IMG/VR virus record: IMGVR_UViG_3300042510_001812
Source of the DNA: an uncultured virus (IMG/VR IMGVR_UViG_3300042510_001812)
Taxonomy: Duplodnaviria > Heunggongvirae > Uroviricota > Caudoviricetes
Strand: one strand, 5' to 3'
DNA length: 64,000 nt
The position numbers were made by a program, and so were the translations under genes. The notes under the pieces were generated by a model. That model had not been told where the DNA came from. It saw only the letters and a list, made by a program, of their open reading frames with translations, and ran no database searches. Below, in pieces: positions 10,011 through 20,031 of this stretch. Position 1 is the stretch's first letter. The number at the start of each line of letters is the position of its first letter.

Positions 10011-10414
10011 TTGTCACCTGCCTCGTCCAGTCGTCGCTTGATGTTGACCATCTCAGCCAAGTACTCATCAAATGACATTTGGAATGGGAACTCAATACCA
10101 TCAACAATGTTTGAGAACAGGATGTTTCTGTTTTGCATTTGTTGCCAAAGGTCAAGGAATTTGTAGCCAGCACTCAGGTACTGGTCAAACGCTGTGAGCC
10201 ACTCTTCAGCGATACCTACAGATACCCAAGAGTCCTCACCTTCTACCAAGGAGAGCGAACTGCCGTTATCCCAATCAACACCGATACACATAGCGCCAGC
10301 ATTATCGTACGGCTCCCGTGTAACGGTCCCTAGGTCACCCTTGCGAATCCGTGTGTACGGGTCGTTAGTGCGGACCAATTTGATTCTTTCTCCGACAAGT
10401 GTCTTATTCATCAT
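10007..10414 (-). CDS. DUF4314 domain protein
   Basis: GERIKLVRTNDPY...GDLGTV...VDWDNGSSLSLVEGED. Confidence 0.7.
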   Translation of the reverse strand: MMNKTLVGERIKLVRTNDPYTRIRKGDLGTVTREPYDNAGAMCIGVDWDNGSSLSLVEGEDSWVSVGIAEEWLTAFDQYLSAGYKFLDLWQQMQNRNILFSNIVDGIEFPFQMSFDEYLAEMVNIKRRLDEAGDK

Positions 10415-10472
10415 TCTCTCCTTAGTAGTAGTTGAGTACATCCTAGTACGCCCGATACCAAATTTCCAAAAT

Positions 10473-10691
10473 CTAGATTCCCTCTAGAACATCGGAAGGC
10501 TTCACCTTGAGTGCTCCGCAGAGCAGGATGAGTGACTGAAGGCTCGGTGAGAAGTGTCCGTTTTCAATCCGGTTGATGGTCTTGCGCTCGAGCCCCGCCT
10601 TCTTTGCCAACGCATCTTGCGAGAGTTCTCGCTCAATACGCAACTTACGAAGTCGTGCGCTAACCCGTTGTTCTTTCTTTTGGGTATTCAT
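10473..10691 (-). CDS. XRE-family HTH transcriptional regulator
   Basis: LRKLRIERELSQDALAKKAGLERKTINRIENGHFSPSL. Confidence 0.9.
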   Translation of the reverse strand: MNTQKKEQRVSARLRKLRIERELSQDALAKKAGLERKTINRIENGHFSPSLQSLILLCGALKVKPSDVLEGI

Positions 10692-10721
10692 GTTTTCTCC
10701 TTGTTAGGTGTTTGGTTTATT

Positions 10722-11387
10722 TCAGTTTGCACTGAAAATCTGTTGTGCGGTCATGGCTGTATCCATGCCTTCTGCAATCTCAAATGTGAGAGCGTCTTTC
10801 CATTCCGAATACTTTTCGTCAAAGTTCTCGTCGTCGTCGTCGTATTCAGGTTGCCCCTGCATTTCGTGTTCACCTTCTGAAACAATCTCGCCTTTGTGAA
10901 AGACCATGTACCCAGCAAAGAAATCTGCTTCCTCTGTGAAGTGCATGCCAAACACAAGTTCAGGGAATTGTTCGGAGATGTTCTTCATAAGACCAACCGC
11001 AGGGCTCCAAGCACTTTCCCAATACAGCGTTATTGAGTTGCTGTTCTCGTCAAATGTGTCCTCGTCAAAATCAACACGGCAAGCACCCCATTTGGTGTCC
11101 CAGTTCGCATTCGCCCAGTCGTACCAGTCCTTGTGACCGTACTTAGCGAGATTTGACTCTTGTTGCTTGCGGTGTTCTTCTGCCTTCTCTTCACCAACAT
11201 ATCCTGAAACTGTTTCGTGCAGTTCTGTTGGAATTGGGAATAGTTGGTTCATGTCCCATTCTGTTCTGTTCCATTCAGGAATTGCTTTCCACTCTTCAGT
11301 TTGCTCAATGCGAATAGCCTCAATGAACCGCTTCAGTTCCTTGTTGCTTCCACGAACTTCTCCGTATTGGTTGCACCAGTTAGGCAT
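10722..11387 (-). CDS. YubB/DUF1281-like ferredoxin-fold protein
   Basis: MPNWCN...WYDW..ANWDTKW...ESAWSP motifs. Confidence 0.7.
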   Translation of the reverse strand: MPNWCNQYGEVRGSNKELKRFIEAIRIEQTEEWKAIPEWNRTEWDMNQLFPIPTELHETVSGYVGEEKAEEHRKQQESNLAKYGHKDWYDWANANWDTKWGACRVDFDEDTFDENSNSITLYWESAWSPAVGLMKNISEQFPELVFGMHFTEEADFFAGYMVFHKGEIVSEGEHEMQGQPEYDDDDENFDEKYSEWKDALTFEIAEGMDTAMTAQQIFSAN

Positions 11388-11450
11388 TATTTTCTCCCTT
11401 TGTAGTAGTAGGTGATGTAACTATACAGGTACAGATACCAAATTTCCAAA

Positions 11451-11948
11451 TTAGTACCATGCGTCAGACCCGTTGCATTCATTGGCGACCCAGCGCAACC
11501 ACCAAATGGCGTACTTGACTTCCTTGTCCAAGTTCTCCCCGTCTTTGGTTACGGTTCCCATTTCTGTCATACGGTTTTCCATGTCGTCTGCTAGAGCGAG
11601 GCAGGATGATGGTGACTTATATGTACCATCCTCGTTGTCGCCGTAGAACGAATACTCAAAGTCAGGCAGTTCCAGTGCTTCTATTAGATAGTTGCCGTAC
11701 TTCCCTCTGTACCAGCAGTCCGTTCCGAATATGCCAGTAACGCTTCCGTCTTGCAAATCAGTCTTTGACAGGGAGATGAGGTAGGGGCATTTGCCTTCTG
11801 CCTGCGTTGCTCTGCAGTCAATTCGTTTTTCAGATAATCCTGTTTCTTCGTCAACAATGGCTACGCCGTCTTTGTCAAGAATGTCAACTTTTACAGCAGT
11901 GCCAAGACGCTCGCAGGCGTATCGGTGTGGGATGTTGTCTAAGCCCAT
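11451..11948 (-). CDS. hypothetical protein
   Basis: Follows promoter 11991; AAGGAG SD. Confidence 0.7.
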   Translation of the reverse strand: MGLDNIPHRYACERLGTAVKVDILDKDGVAIVDEETGLSEKRIDCRATQAEGKCPYLISLSKTDLQDGSVTGIFGTDCWYRGKYGNYLIEALELPDFEYSFYGDNEDGTYKSPSSCLALADDMENRMTEMGTVTKDGENLDKEVKYAIWWLRWVANECNGSDAWY

Positions 11949-12093
11949 GTGAACTCCTTAGTAGTAGGTGAGTACCACTATAGCGACCGAGATACCAAAT
12001 TTCCAAACTCTTCCACCACCGTCATGATAATGGGTAATACTTGACTCAATCTGAATTATGTGGTACAGCAGACCGGTGGGTGGCCCGAACCGG

Positions 12094-12107
12094 CGAACAC
12101 ATGTTCG
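12094..12107. promoter_or_regulatory. LexA (SOS/Cheo) box
   Basis: CGAAC-ACAT-GTTCG, intergenic. Confidence 0.7.
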
Positions 12108-12159
12108 CTCAGCCCCGGTGCTCATTGTGGCGGCCCGGCCGCCGGGGCTCTATGGTCAA

Positions 12160-12483
12160 TTATTCGTCGTGAGCAATTACCAGGTTGCCGCCAACGATTT
12201 GCCAGCCGTCGTCATGAGTGTTCCAAACAAACGATAAAGCTTCTTTTATTCCATCTAGGTAATAGAACACATCATCATCTAGAACACCGAAGTCGTCCCA
12301 CTGTAGATAGACAGGGTCTTTACTGAATGATAAGTAGTAATGCAACAATTCACCCTCATCAACCCAGTACACCTGTGCGTCCATGCCAACCAGCACGCCC
12401 TCTTCAGCGATTACATATTTCAGGTAATCCTTCAACAATTTCAGAGTAATAAGCGTCTTTCTAATCGTTGCTCTAATCATCAC
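12160..12483 (-). CDS. hypothetical protein
   Basis: ORF track; overlap with upstream stop. Confidence 0.55.
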   Translation of the reverse strand: MMIRATIRKTLITLKLLKDYLKYVIAEEGVLVGMDAQVYWVDEGELLHYYLSFSKDPVYLQWDDFGVLDDDVFYYLDGIKEALSFVWNTHDDGWQIVGGNLVIAHDE

Positions 12484-12800
12484 GCGCTCACTACATCTAT
12501 GAGTTGCACGAATGAATCCAGTGGCTCTGCTTCATCAGGATACGCCCTCATGGCGTCGTCTAGGAACATTTGGTAAGCACCCAAGTCGTCACCTCTGAAG
12601 TAGTGATTCGCTCCACCATCTCCATAGTTCTCTACACGGCATGCAATAATTCCTTTTCTTAGAATTTGTGCCATCCAAGTAATTCCTCTTGAAGTCTCCA
12701 TCTCTTGGATTACCTTGAAGTCGTACAGGCTTGCGATGTCGTCCACCGCAGGCTCTGTCACAAATAATTTCAGTGAGGGTGGAAGTGTTGAGTAAAGCAT
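12480..12800 (-). CDS. hypothetical protein
   Basis: CAACTACTAACAAGGAG leader. Confidence 0.65.
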   Translation of the reverse strand: MLYSTLPPSLKLFVTEPAVDDIASLYDFKVIQEMETSRGITWMAQILRKGIIACRVENYGDGGANHYFRGDDLGAYQMFLDDAMRAYPDEAEPLDSFVQLIDVVSA

Positions 12801-12837
12801 GATTTCTCCTTGTTAGTAGTTGTTTGAATTCTAGTCG

Positions 12838-13356
12838 TCAGCAGATTTGGAATCCACCGCAGTTCTCTAGGAACTCTGCGAACCGCTTGACATTCTCCAC
12901 ATCAAACGGATAAGCGGACAGCCACGATTCCCTAGTGCCAATTCCATCACAGGCATTGCACCAGCCATGAGTGCGACCAGTAAGAATCTGCGCCTCGGGT
13001 GAGAGTTCTTTAGTAGGCATTCCCATTTCCACGCCGACCTCATCATTGCGAATGCCAGTGCACTCACAGAGGTTGCATGCTTCACGGGGAAGCGAGGAAC
13101 GCCATTCGTTGTAGGTCTGTGCGTACTTTTCTACCGTGCCATTTTCAAGGTCTATCTTGAGTGACCAAGCCAATGATTCAGCCAGTGCGTCGTCTAGCCC
13201 GTCACCGTCGTTTGAGTGCCACGATTCGCAACCGCTAGCAATGTCGTCATAGTTGGTGCAGATAAAGTCTGCCAGTGGACGCCACCACCACACATTGTTG
13301 CGGAAGTATTCGCCCTTTTCATTCTTTGGCTTTACGCCATAGACATCCATACCCAT
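12838..13356 (-). CDS. hypothetical protein with DnaJ-like CxxCxGxG motifs
   Basis: CNLCECTG and CNACDGIG; follows promoter 13407. Confidence 0.7.
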   Translation of the reverse strand: MGMDVYGVKPKNEKGEYFRNNVWWWRPLADFICTNYDDIASGCESWHSNDGDGLDDALAESLAWSLKIDLENGTVEKYAQTYNEWRSSLPREACNLCECTGIRNDEVGVEMGMPTKELSPEAQILTGRTHGWCNACDGIGTRESWLSAYPFDVENVKRFAEFLENCGGFQIC

Positions 13357-13449
13357 TTTCTTGCTCCTTGTTAGTAGTAGTTAGGTGACTGAATCTTACA
13401 ATACTGAATACCAAATTTCCAAAATCGAGAAGAGCCCCGCGCTCTCCCT

Positions 13450-13917
13450 TTACGCCTCAACCTTGTCAAACGGGCACTCGGCTACTTGACCGAATACAGC
13501 CTCGTACAGGTCACGCCCGTCTTGCCATTCACTCCAGTCTCCATCTGACGAGATACGGACACAAGAGCCGTAGATTTCTTTCGCCCGAATGAGTATCGCA
13601 GTAACTACAGCGTCATACGGTTTCTGTGCAGTCTTGCAAAAATCAAAGATTTCAGGCTCATCTTTACGCCATTCAACTTGAGTTGGCAGTGCCTTCCAAG
13701 TAAAGGTTTCGTGAGACATATCATCTATGCCGTTGAAACTGAACTCTCCCTCTGTGAACTGTGGTTGAGTTTCGTTCTCTCCACTCCAGTCGCCAAGTTT
13801 TATGCCAATGCTCTGTGCGTGTTCGCAAATAGCCTTAGCGTCTAGTGCGAGTTTGCCGTACATATAGGCAGACCCAGCGTTCTTTCGTGGTCGGTAGTTG
13901 TAATGCGTGTAACCCAT
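13450..13917 (-). CDS. conserved phage hypothetical protein
   Basis: MGYTHY...FCKTAQKPYD...ISSDG; follows promoter variant 13962. Confidence 0.7.
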   Translation of the reverse strand: MGYTHYNYRPRKNAGSAYMYGKLALDAKAICEHAQSIGIKLGDWSGENETQPQFTEGEFSFNGIDDMSHETFTWKALPTQVEWRKDEPEIFDFCKTAQKPYDAVVTAILIRAKEIYGSCVRISSDGDWSEWQDGRDLYEAVFGQVAECPFDKVEA

Positions 13918-13965
13918 AGTTAGTGCCTTTCGTTAGTAGGTAGTAGTACCTTAGCAGACCCAATA

Positions 13966-14169
13966 TCAGATTTCCAATTTTTTCTGTTCGTAGACCATGA
14001 ACTCACCATCACTGTCACGGCTGATTCCAGTCACCCACATAGAGCGACCAATCTGCCCGTAGTCCTCTATTGCGTTCTGAACTTCCTCTACGGCAACGCC
14101 ACAGCACTCGCTGTCGTTTTCAGCTTGCACATCAAGCGTCACCATTACTGTTACTCGGTAGGTGTTCAT
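13966..14169 (-). CDS. hypothetical protein
   Basis: ORF track; TAATG coupling. Confidence 0.55.
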   Translation of the reverse strand: MNTYRVTVMVTLDVQAENDSECCGVAVEEVQNAIEDYGQIGRSMWVTGISRDSDGEFMVYEQKKLEI

Positions 14170-14438
14170 TAGTAGTTACTCCAATCGTAGTTGTCGTTTT
14201 TGTGTGCGATTTCCTCGGAACATACTCCGATTACTTTTAGCGTTTCGCCGTCAATGACACGGCTACATTTCTCACAAAGATAGGTATCGCCGTCCCATTC
14301 TCCGTTGAGTGTTGGCGAGACAATCTCTCCAGTCTTTAGGCAAGAGTAAAAGCCCTCGTAGTTTGGTTGGTTGCCACATAGACACTGAAACCAATCAGTA
14401 GTTCCACCTATGTACTCCTCGTACAGTCGGTTATTCAT
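14169..14438 (-). CDS. Cys-rich hypothetical protein
   Basis: CLCG...CEKC; GAGG SD. Confidence 0.6.
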   Translation of the reverse strand: MNNRLYEEYIGGTTDWFQCLCGNQPNYEGFYSCLKTGEIVSPTLNGEWDGDTYLCEKCSRVIDGETLKVIGVCSEEIAHKNDNYDWSNY

Positions 14439-14676
14439 ACTCAACCTCTGTTCCATAGTCGTGTATGCATTCGCTGTCGTACTCCTCTGCGTGGTCTTCC
14501 ATTGTGCGGAAGTGGCAATTCTCGTTTATCCACTCATAGCGAGCGTCAGCGTCCCACTCATTCCACTCAAACGGAAGTTCCATTCCTTGTGGCATGTCGT
14601 AGTACTTGTAACGGGTGTACTTGACAAGCATGTGCTCATCAACGGTAACGGCAAAGCGTGTAGGTGTAGTAGTCAT
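14431..14676 (-). CDS. hypothetical protein, probably leaderless
   Basis: ATG lies 6 nt after the -10 box of promoter 14697. Confidence 0.6.
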   Translation of the reverse strand: MTTTPTRFAVTVDEHMLVKYTRYKYYDMPQGMELPFEWNEWDADARYEWINENCHFRTMEDHAEEYDSECIHDYGTEVEYE

Positions 14677-15013
14677 GAGTACATAGTAGTACGCTGGATA
14701 CCAAATTTCCAAAGTGCTTTCCGCCACCGTCAAGATAATAGAGGCTTATGGATATCTGTTGGCGATTTTTTTGCTCGCTCCGATTATTGCAAATATTTTT
14801 ATTTTCTTGCAACTTTCTGGGAATTTTCTGGCTAGCCCCGCACGGCGTTCTGGCCGCACCGAGGCCGGGGCTCTTGGGGAAAATAGCTACCTTGTTATTT
14901 AGGTATCCATCAGATAACCGCTATTACCACAACCTGGGCAGTGTTCGGTATCTAATCTAATTTCTAATTGCTCTTCAGTGCTTACTGTTTCGCACCAATT
15001 ACAGATAATCGTT

Positions 15014-15232
15014 TCAGGCGTTTTCATTAGTTGCCCACCGATTTTCGCTGTCATAGAAGCAAGTGTTACATACGAAGCCGTCTAGGTCGTTATCCCAGAC
15101 TGGCTCACTCCCAAAGGTGCGTACGGTCATCTCCATTCCGCATGAGTCGCAATTAGCCCTATCGCCACGAATATGAATTACGCCGTGTACGAGTGGCAGT
15201 GAGTTGATTTTTTCGATATATGCCTCGCTCAT
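15014..15232 (-). CDS. small zinc-finger-like protein
   Basis: CDSC...CNTC. Confidence 0.55.
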   Translation of the reverse strand: MSEAYIEKINSLPLVHGVIHIRGDRANCDSCGMEMTVRTFGSEPVWDNDLDGFVCNTCFYDSENRWATNENA

Positions 15233-15237
15233 GTCGG

Positions 15238-15507
15238 TCACTCCCAAGCCCTATTGAGCAGTATCCCTGCGAATGGGTTGGGGTACTTCACCTCGTCATT
15301 TAGCCAACGCTCACTATCGGAGTGTTGAGTTTCGCAGTCTCGGAATGTCTCAGTGGCGAACGCCTTGTCATCTTTCATGAGGCGCACCAGCAATTTACCA
15401 GTGCCGTCTTCCCAGACATCTAGTTGGTAGGTAGCGTCAATGCCACCGAACGGACCAGCTTGCTCACCGAATACGGATAATTTATGAGTCATCGTTACAG
15501 TGCTCAT
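15238..15507 (-). CDS. hypothetical protein
   Basis: ORF track; TAATG coupling. Confidence 0.6.
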   Translation of the reverse strand: MSTVTMTHKLSVFGEQAGPFGGIDATYQLDVWEDGTGKLLVRLMKDDKAFATETFRDCETQHSDSERWLNDEVKYPNPFAGILLNRAWE

Positions 15508-15797
15508 TACTTACCACCCCTTTCGGAGTAGTAAGCAACGGCTTCGGTCAGTGTGGTGCAGTAGTCACCGCTATAGCGCTCCCAGCCACTAGGGCGAGCC
15601 ACAACGGTCCATACGGCGAACTTGTGGAATGGATTAGTTGGGTTATAGCAGACCGTAATCCATGAAGCGTACGAGTCACCAATTTCACGGTCATTCTTTT
15701 TCGTGAGTGCCAAGACGGTTATTTCAGTGGCGATTACTTCGCCAAGTTTTAGTTCAGCGAATGTTAGGTCCACTGAATTGTCGGTTAGTAGGTACAA
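15507..15797 (-). CDS. hypothetical protein, paralog of 20470-20751
   Basis: TTG start after AAGGGA; shares YASW..C...KF.VWTV.A...SG.YC...RGGK. Confidence 0.7.
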   Translation of the reverse strand: MYLLTDNSVDLTFAELKLGEVIATEITVLALTKKNDREIGDSYASWITVCYNPTNPFHKFAVWTVVARPSGWERYSGDYCTTLTEAVAYYSERGGK

Positions 15798-15988
15798 GGT
15801 ATTCCCTTTCGTAGTAGTTGGGATAGACACTACAACACCGAATACCAAATTTCCAAAATTATTGAGAGCCCCGCAGCACTAGATGCTGGGGTGTGCGGCG
15901 GGGCTTTTCGCACGCATAAAGGAAGCCCTGCCCACCAGTTACGGCAGACAGGGCTTCGGTTGTTCGTAGGGGTGAAAGGGGTAAAGCC

Positions 15989-16429
15989 CTAGAACAAATC
16001 CATTACTGCTTCGGCAAGTGCGCCACGAGCATTACCGTCATCGGTAATTGTCTCATCAGGCGTATCAGAGAAGCGCATAACGCTGGCACAACCGTCTTTG
16101 CTGGCGAACACCACTAGGCGTACACGCCTGCGTTCAGGGTGTTGCGATGGTGGTACTTGGTCATCATCGCTTTGCCCCTCAACAATAGGTGAAGCCCAAC
16201 CGCAAGTAAGTACTGCGATGTAATCGCTTACCTTTGCTACGGCTCGGCTGTCATCGCTATTTAGCAAGTCATAAACATCGCCGTGTTCACCTGCTAGAAC
16301 AAGTGCCACTCTGCCGTCATCGGTTTCGTTGATAGAAAAGAACATTGCCTGCTTTAGGTCAAAGTCCCCGTTTAGTTCGTCAGATATTGCCTTTTCGGCT
16401 GTCTCTGCCTTATGTAGTAAATCGCTCAT
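15989..16429 (-). CDS. conserved hypothetical protein
   Basis: GWA...PPSQHPERRRVRL motif; follows promoter 16487. Confidence 0.7.
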   Translation of the reverse strand: MSDLLHKAETAEKAISDELNGDFDLKQAMFFSINETDDGRVALVLAGEHGDVYDLLNSDDSRAVAKVSDYIAVLTCGWASPIVEGQSDDDQVPPSQHPERRRVRLVVFASKDGCASVMRFSDTPDETITDDGNARGALAEAVMDLF

Positions 16430-16703
16430 CGGTAGTTCCTTTCGGTAGTAGTTGATTAGATAAGCACCACTCACATTACTACCCCCGATACCAAATTTCC
16501 AAAATACGGGTAGCCCATACAAGAGCCCCGCTGAACTAATCTCTTGGGGTGAACGAACTAGAGCAAGCGAGAAGCCGGGGCTTATCAAAAAGAATTGCCG
16601 AGTTTGATATCGAGTTGTACAACCTTTGGGTACAGATAAGAGCCGTAGAGGAAAGTAACGCCGAGTTCACTGCCGACAATTTACGCAAGAGTTTCAGGGT
16701 AAT

Positions 16704-16742
16704 AAAAAGAGAGGGCTAGAGATTTCTCTCTAACCCCCTCTC
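16704..16742 (-). terminator. intrinsic terminator
   Basis: GC hairpin plus U tract on minus strand after 16758-17156. Confidence 0.7.
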
Positions 16743-16757
16743 GGTAGGTGGATAGGA

Positions 16758-17156
16758 CTAGACCGCTTCGGCGGTTTCGGTAACTGCGCCTTCGGCAAGG
16801 TCACGGATAACGATACGGGTGTAAGCCGTTGGCTTCACACACGCAGTTTCCACTTCCTCACTGATATCGCCAGCCTTACGAGCCTTATCAAAAGCCTTCG
16901 GCTCAACGGCAGTCTTGGTGACTGCGCCGAACACTTTGGCATTGACAAGTTCTGAAAGTGTTGCGACATCAAAGTTGCGACGAATTGCCTCAACAAGTTG
17001 GACACACTTGTCGTTCGCTTCCCAAGAGTTCACGCCTGCTTCGGCGTACGCTTCGGAAAGCAATTCCTTCGCAACAGCGACGGCTTTCTCGGCAGAAGCG
17101 AGAGCCTCAACGGCACTCACATACTGGCGAGCAACGGCAGAAAGTTGCTTAGACAT
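16758..17156 (-). CDS. hypothetical Ala-rich protein
   Basis: Single-gene cassette: promoter 17210, AAGGGGG SD, terminator. Confidence 0.75.
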   Translation of the reverse strand: MSKQLSAVARQYVSAVEALASAEKAVAVAKELLSEAYAEAGVNSWEANDKCVQLVEAIRRNFDVATLSELVNAKVFGAVTKTAVEPKAFDKARKAGDISEEVETACVKPTAYTRIVIRDLAEGAVTETAEAV

Positions 17157-17353
17157 ATTTATTCACCCCCTTAGGTGTCTGTAGTAGTTGATACCACTAT
17201 ACACCCCACGATACCAAATTTCCAAAATCGCTTGACGCCATACAGAGCCCCGCCCTTGCCATTGCTTGGTTGAGTTGCGGGGCTGTGAACGTGCGCGAAA
17301 AAAAGAGGGGCAGGTTTCCCCACCCCTCTCTCCTTTTCAGTAGCCAGTTGTGA

Positions 17354-17785
17354 CTAGAGGTACTCCGACACCGACTTGAGAGTAGATGCGTTCACATACT
17401 CCTGCTCGGTCATCTTGAGGACACGGATTGCCTGCTTGATTTCCGTTGTCTCGCGCTCGTACCTGTGGTCAGGATACGCCTCAGGGCATTGAGGTTCTGT
17501 CGGAAGTGCCGTCTTTGGCAACTCCATAGTGACTTGGAACTCCGCTGTCTTGCTCTTTGAGTTGTTGCTGGAACTGCTGTACCAACGGTTACGGCTTGCG
17601 TCAGTCACTACGCCTTTGCTCTTGACGAGTTTGAGGATAGCCAAGTTGTAGGCTTCCTTTGCTTTCTCGTAGAGAGCCTGCTCTTTTTCTTGATTGGCAA
17701 AACGCTGTTCACGCTCGGTCAATGCTTTCTCTAGTGATGAGATGAGCGTACTCACTTTCACCTTTACGGATATGGACTTACTCAT
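17354..17785 (-). CDS. hypothetical protein
   Basis: Single-gene cassette: promoter 17840. Confidence 0.75.
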   Translation of the reverse strand: MSKSISVKVKVSTLISSLEKALTEREQRFANQEKEQALYEKAKEAYNLAILKLVKSKGVVTDASRNRWYSSSSNNSKSKTAEFQVTMELPKTALPTEPQCPEAYPDHRYERETTEIKQAIRVLKMTEQEYVNASTLKSVSEYL

Positions 17786-17951
17786 TATGCCCTGCCTTTC
17801 GTAGTAGTTGATTGGGGCACTAATGACATTACTACACCCGATACCAGATTTCCAAAGCCCTTTCCGCCACCGTCACCTAAAGACGGATACTTGACAAACC
17901 ACCTCGCACCTGCTAGTGCACCGATTTTTTTCGGCGATTTTTTTGGTGGGG

Positions 17952-17965
17952 CGAACATATGTTCG
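17952..17965. promoter_or_regulatory. LexA (SOS/Cheo) box
   Basis: CGAAC-ATAT-GTTCG, intergenic. Confidence 0.7.
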
Positions 17966-18066
17966 GTCAGCCCCGCAGTACCAGTAGCGAAGCGGGGCTC
18001 TGTGAAAAAAATAGGCCTAGAGCGGAAAGCCCCAGGCCCATTCTGTCTCTAGCTCTTTTTCGAGCG

Positions 18067-18471
18067 TCAGTCTCTCCACTCGGTAATGACTGGCGTCAAG
18101 TCCATGCTCTCTCTGCTGTTGGTTATCATGACGCCCAATTCCAAGTCATGCGAAGCCTCTAGAGCCATGTTGGCGAAGTGCTCTGTCATGAAGTCGCTCG
18201 GAACATTGGTGTCATAGCCTTCATTATCAGCGATACCGACCAGCACGGCGTCACCAGCAAGAACCCTGCGGAACAACAAAGACGTGATGTTGTTTGTCGG
18301 CAAGTCAATGAGCAAGCCTTCGTCATGGACATAGGCAGTAACGCCCATTTCCCAATCGTTCACGCAGTCAAACCAGCCACCGACTAGTTCCTGAATAACG
18401 GTGTGTGCGCCGTCACGAGGTAACTCAATAGCGGTTACTTCACCGCTTGTCTTTACAAGTACTGCTTTCAT
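18067..18471 (-). CDS. DUF3846 domain protein
   Basis: IQELVGGWFD...YVHDEGLL.DLPTN...LAGDAVLVG. Confidence 0.75.
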   Translation of the reverse strand: MKAVLVKTSGEVTAIELPRDGAHTVIQELVGGWFDCVNDWEMGVTAYVHDEGLLIDLPTNNITSLLFRRVLAGDAVLVGIADNEGYDTNVPSDFMTEHFANMALEASHDLELGVMITNSRESMDLTPVITEWRD

Positions 18472-18578
18472 TTTTTCCCTCTTTCGTAGTAGTTGATTAG
18501 ATATTACAGGAACGGATACTAAATTTCCAAAACCAAATGGTTGTGGTTATCGGTAAGGACAACCACAACCAAATTTGG

Positions 18579-18743
18579 TTAGTGGACTAAATTACTTTCA
18601 GGAACAATCGCAAGTGGGTCGAATTTCCCCGAACCATTTACTCGAACCATGTAACGTAGGTGATTGTCGTAACCAACAACCACGCCACTGAATGCGTTGC
18701 CGTGACCGTCACGGAACGTAATCGGCGAACCCTCGTCTTTCAT
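18579..18743 (-). CDS. small hypothetical protein, 54 aa
   Basis: Manual translation MKDEGSPITFRDGHG...; promoter 18785 and AAGGGG SD. Confidence 0.6.
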   Translation of the reverse strand: MKDEGSPITFRDGHGNAFSGVVVGYDNHLRYMVRVNGSGKFDPLAIVPESNLVH

Positions 18744-18923
18744 AAGCACCCCTTTCGTTGAGTTGTTAGTACCCTATCAGACCCGATACCAAATTTCCAA
18801 AATAACGATAGCCCCGCAGTTGCTGCTACCAATTACCGCTGCGTACTGATTACTCCCGGGGCTTATATGTAACAGAGATTCGACCCCCACTATTACGGAA
18901 GAGGTCGGTGGTAATTGGGTGGA

Positions 18924-19145
18924 CTAGCTACTGTTCTTTAGTGCCCTGACCATTCGCTGTATTTTTTTAGCAGCAGGGCTATCAATTTGCGTCACGCAAT
19001 AACCCAGCTCGTCTAGCTTGTCAAAAAAGCCCCACCAATCTATTTTCTCCTCATTGGCATACCAATCGTCATACAGCGACTCCACTAGCTCAATGCAGGT
19101 GTCGGTAATGTCGCTCGCTTCAACAATGTTCACTGACTCACTCAT
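18924..19145 (-). CDS. hypothetical protein
   Basis: ORF track; TAATG coupling. Confidence 0.55.
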   Translation of the reverse strand: MSESVNIVEASDITDTCIELVESLYDDWYANEEKIDWWGFFDKLDELGYCVTQIDSPAAKKIQRMVRALKNSS

Positions 19146-19336
19146 TACGCCCCTACTTCCTGTTGCGCGGTAAGAGATTTGCCATACCTGTTGTATGTAC
19201 CGTTTCGTGTGTGCTGACCTACTTCGCATAGGAAGTACATAGTCTCGCCATTGGTCATTACTTCCATATCTACAATATGAGCCAGTGTTTCTTTGCCGTT
19301 CAAGCTGAACGACACTAGTTGGTCTAGTTCAAACAT
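19145..19336 (-). CDS. hypothetical protein
   Basis: Follows promoter 19379; AAGGGG SD. Confidence 0.65.
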   Translation of the reverse strand: MFELDQLVSFSLNGKETLAHIVDMEVMTNGETMYFLCEVGQHTRNGTYNRYGKSLTAQQEVGA

Positions 19337-19496
19337 TGCTATCCCCTTTCATTTGGATACCCCCACTCTATATCACTGGATACCAAATTTCCAAAATCAT
19401 ATTCAGCCCCGCTTCATCCGGTCGCCGCAATTCTTTTTGCCGCAATGCCCGGGGCTATTGAAATGGAACGCGCCGCATATTTTGTTTTTATACGCG

Positions 19497-19531
19497 AAAA
19501 AGCCCACCGCACATTTCGCACGGTGGGCTTT
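19497..19531 (-). terminator. intrinsic terminator
   Basis: AGCCCACCG...CGGTGGGCT hairpin plus U tract. Confidence 0.75.
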
Positions 19532-19548
19532 ACTCGAATTGCTGTTAC

Positions 19549-19677
19549 TTACTTAGACTGCTGATTTACTCGAAGCTTGTTCGCTAACCCTGTTGGGAAG
19601 CCAACCTCGCCTCGTTGCACAACGCCAGTGTTCGACGCTGGTTTGCGCTTTTTCTTTGGCTTGTTGCTCTCGTTCAT
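19549..19677 (-). CDS. small basic peptide, 42 aa
   Basis: MNESNKPKKKRKP...; lies between promoter 19721 and a terminator. Confidence 0.45.
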   Translation of the reverse strand: MNESNKPKKKRKPASNTGVVQRGEVGFPTGLANKLRVNQQSK

Positions 19678-19766
19678 ATTCACCCCCAATCCCTTTCGTA
19701 AGAGCAACACTACAGCATGAGATACCAAATTTCCATTGCGCAGCGGGGCTTCGTTGCAGCAAGCAT

Positions 19767-19961
19767 TTATCGCTGCGTAATTATTTGTGAGACATGAACG
19801 ACAAATGATTCACCCATGTACTCAACTCGAGCAAGTTGTTGCTGCATGTCGTGATAGCCAACAAAAACAACCGCAGCATGCCCTGTTGTTTTTCTACTTG
19901 TTTTCTTTTCTTTGTGGTATCCGAATGACACTGGCACAAAAACTAATTCACCGCTTTGCAT
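19767..19961 (-). CDS. hypothetical protein
   Basis: AAGGA SD before MQSGE. Confidence 0.5.
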   Translation of the reverse strand: MQSGELVFVPVSFGYHKEKKTSRKTTGHAAVVFVGYHDMQQQLARVEYMGESFVVHVSQIITQR

Positions 19962-20031
19962 TTTTTTCCTTTCGATAGATTCCTTTTTCAAATAGTGGTT
20001 TCTGTTGCCAAGTACCACTGGACTCCGTTTG

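Larger units (their letters stand above)
1469..17874. repeat. dispersed, same-orientation 13-mer TTCC(A/G/C)CCACCGTC
   Basis: Copies at 1469, 1819, 2069, 3290, 4468, 8949, 12011, 14719, 17862; variants at 2808 and 6559. Confidence 0.8.

Noticed and set aside
1469..17874. Exact E. coli Chi site
   Set aside because: Core is GGTGGTGG rather than GCTGGTGG and the host appears actinobacterial; kept only as an analogy.
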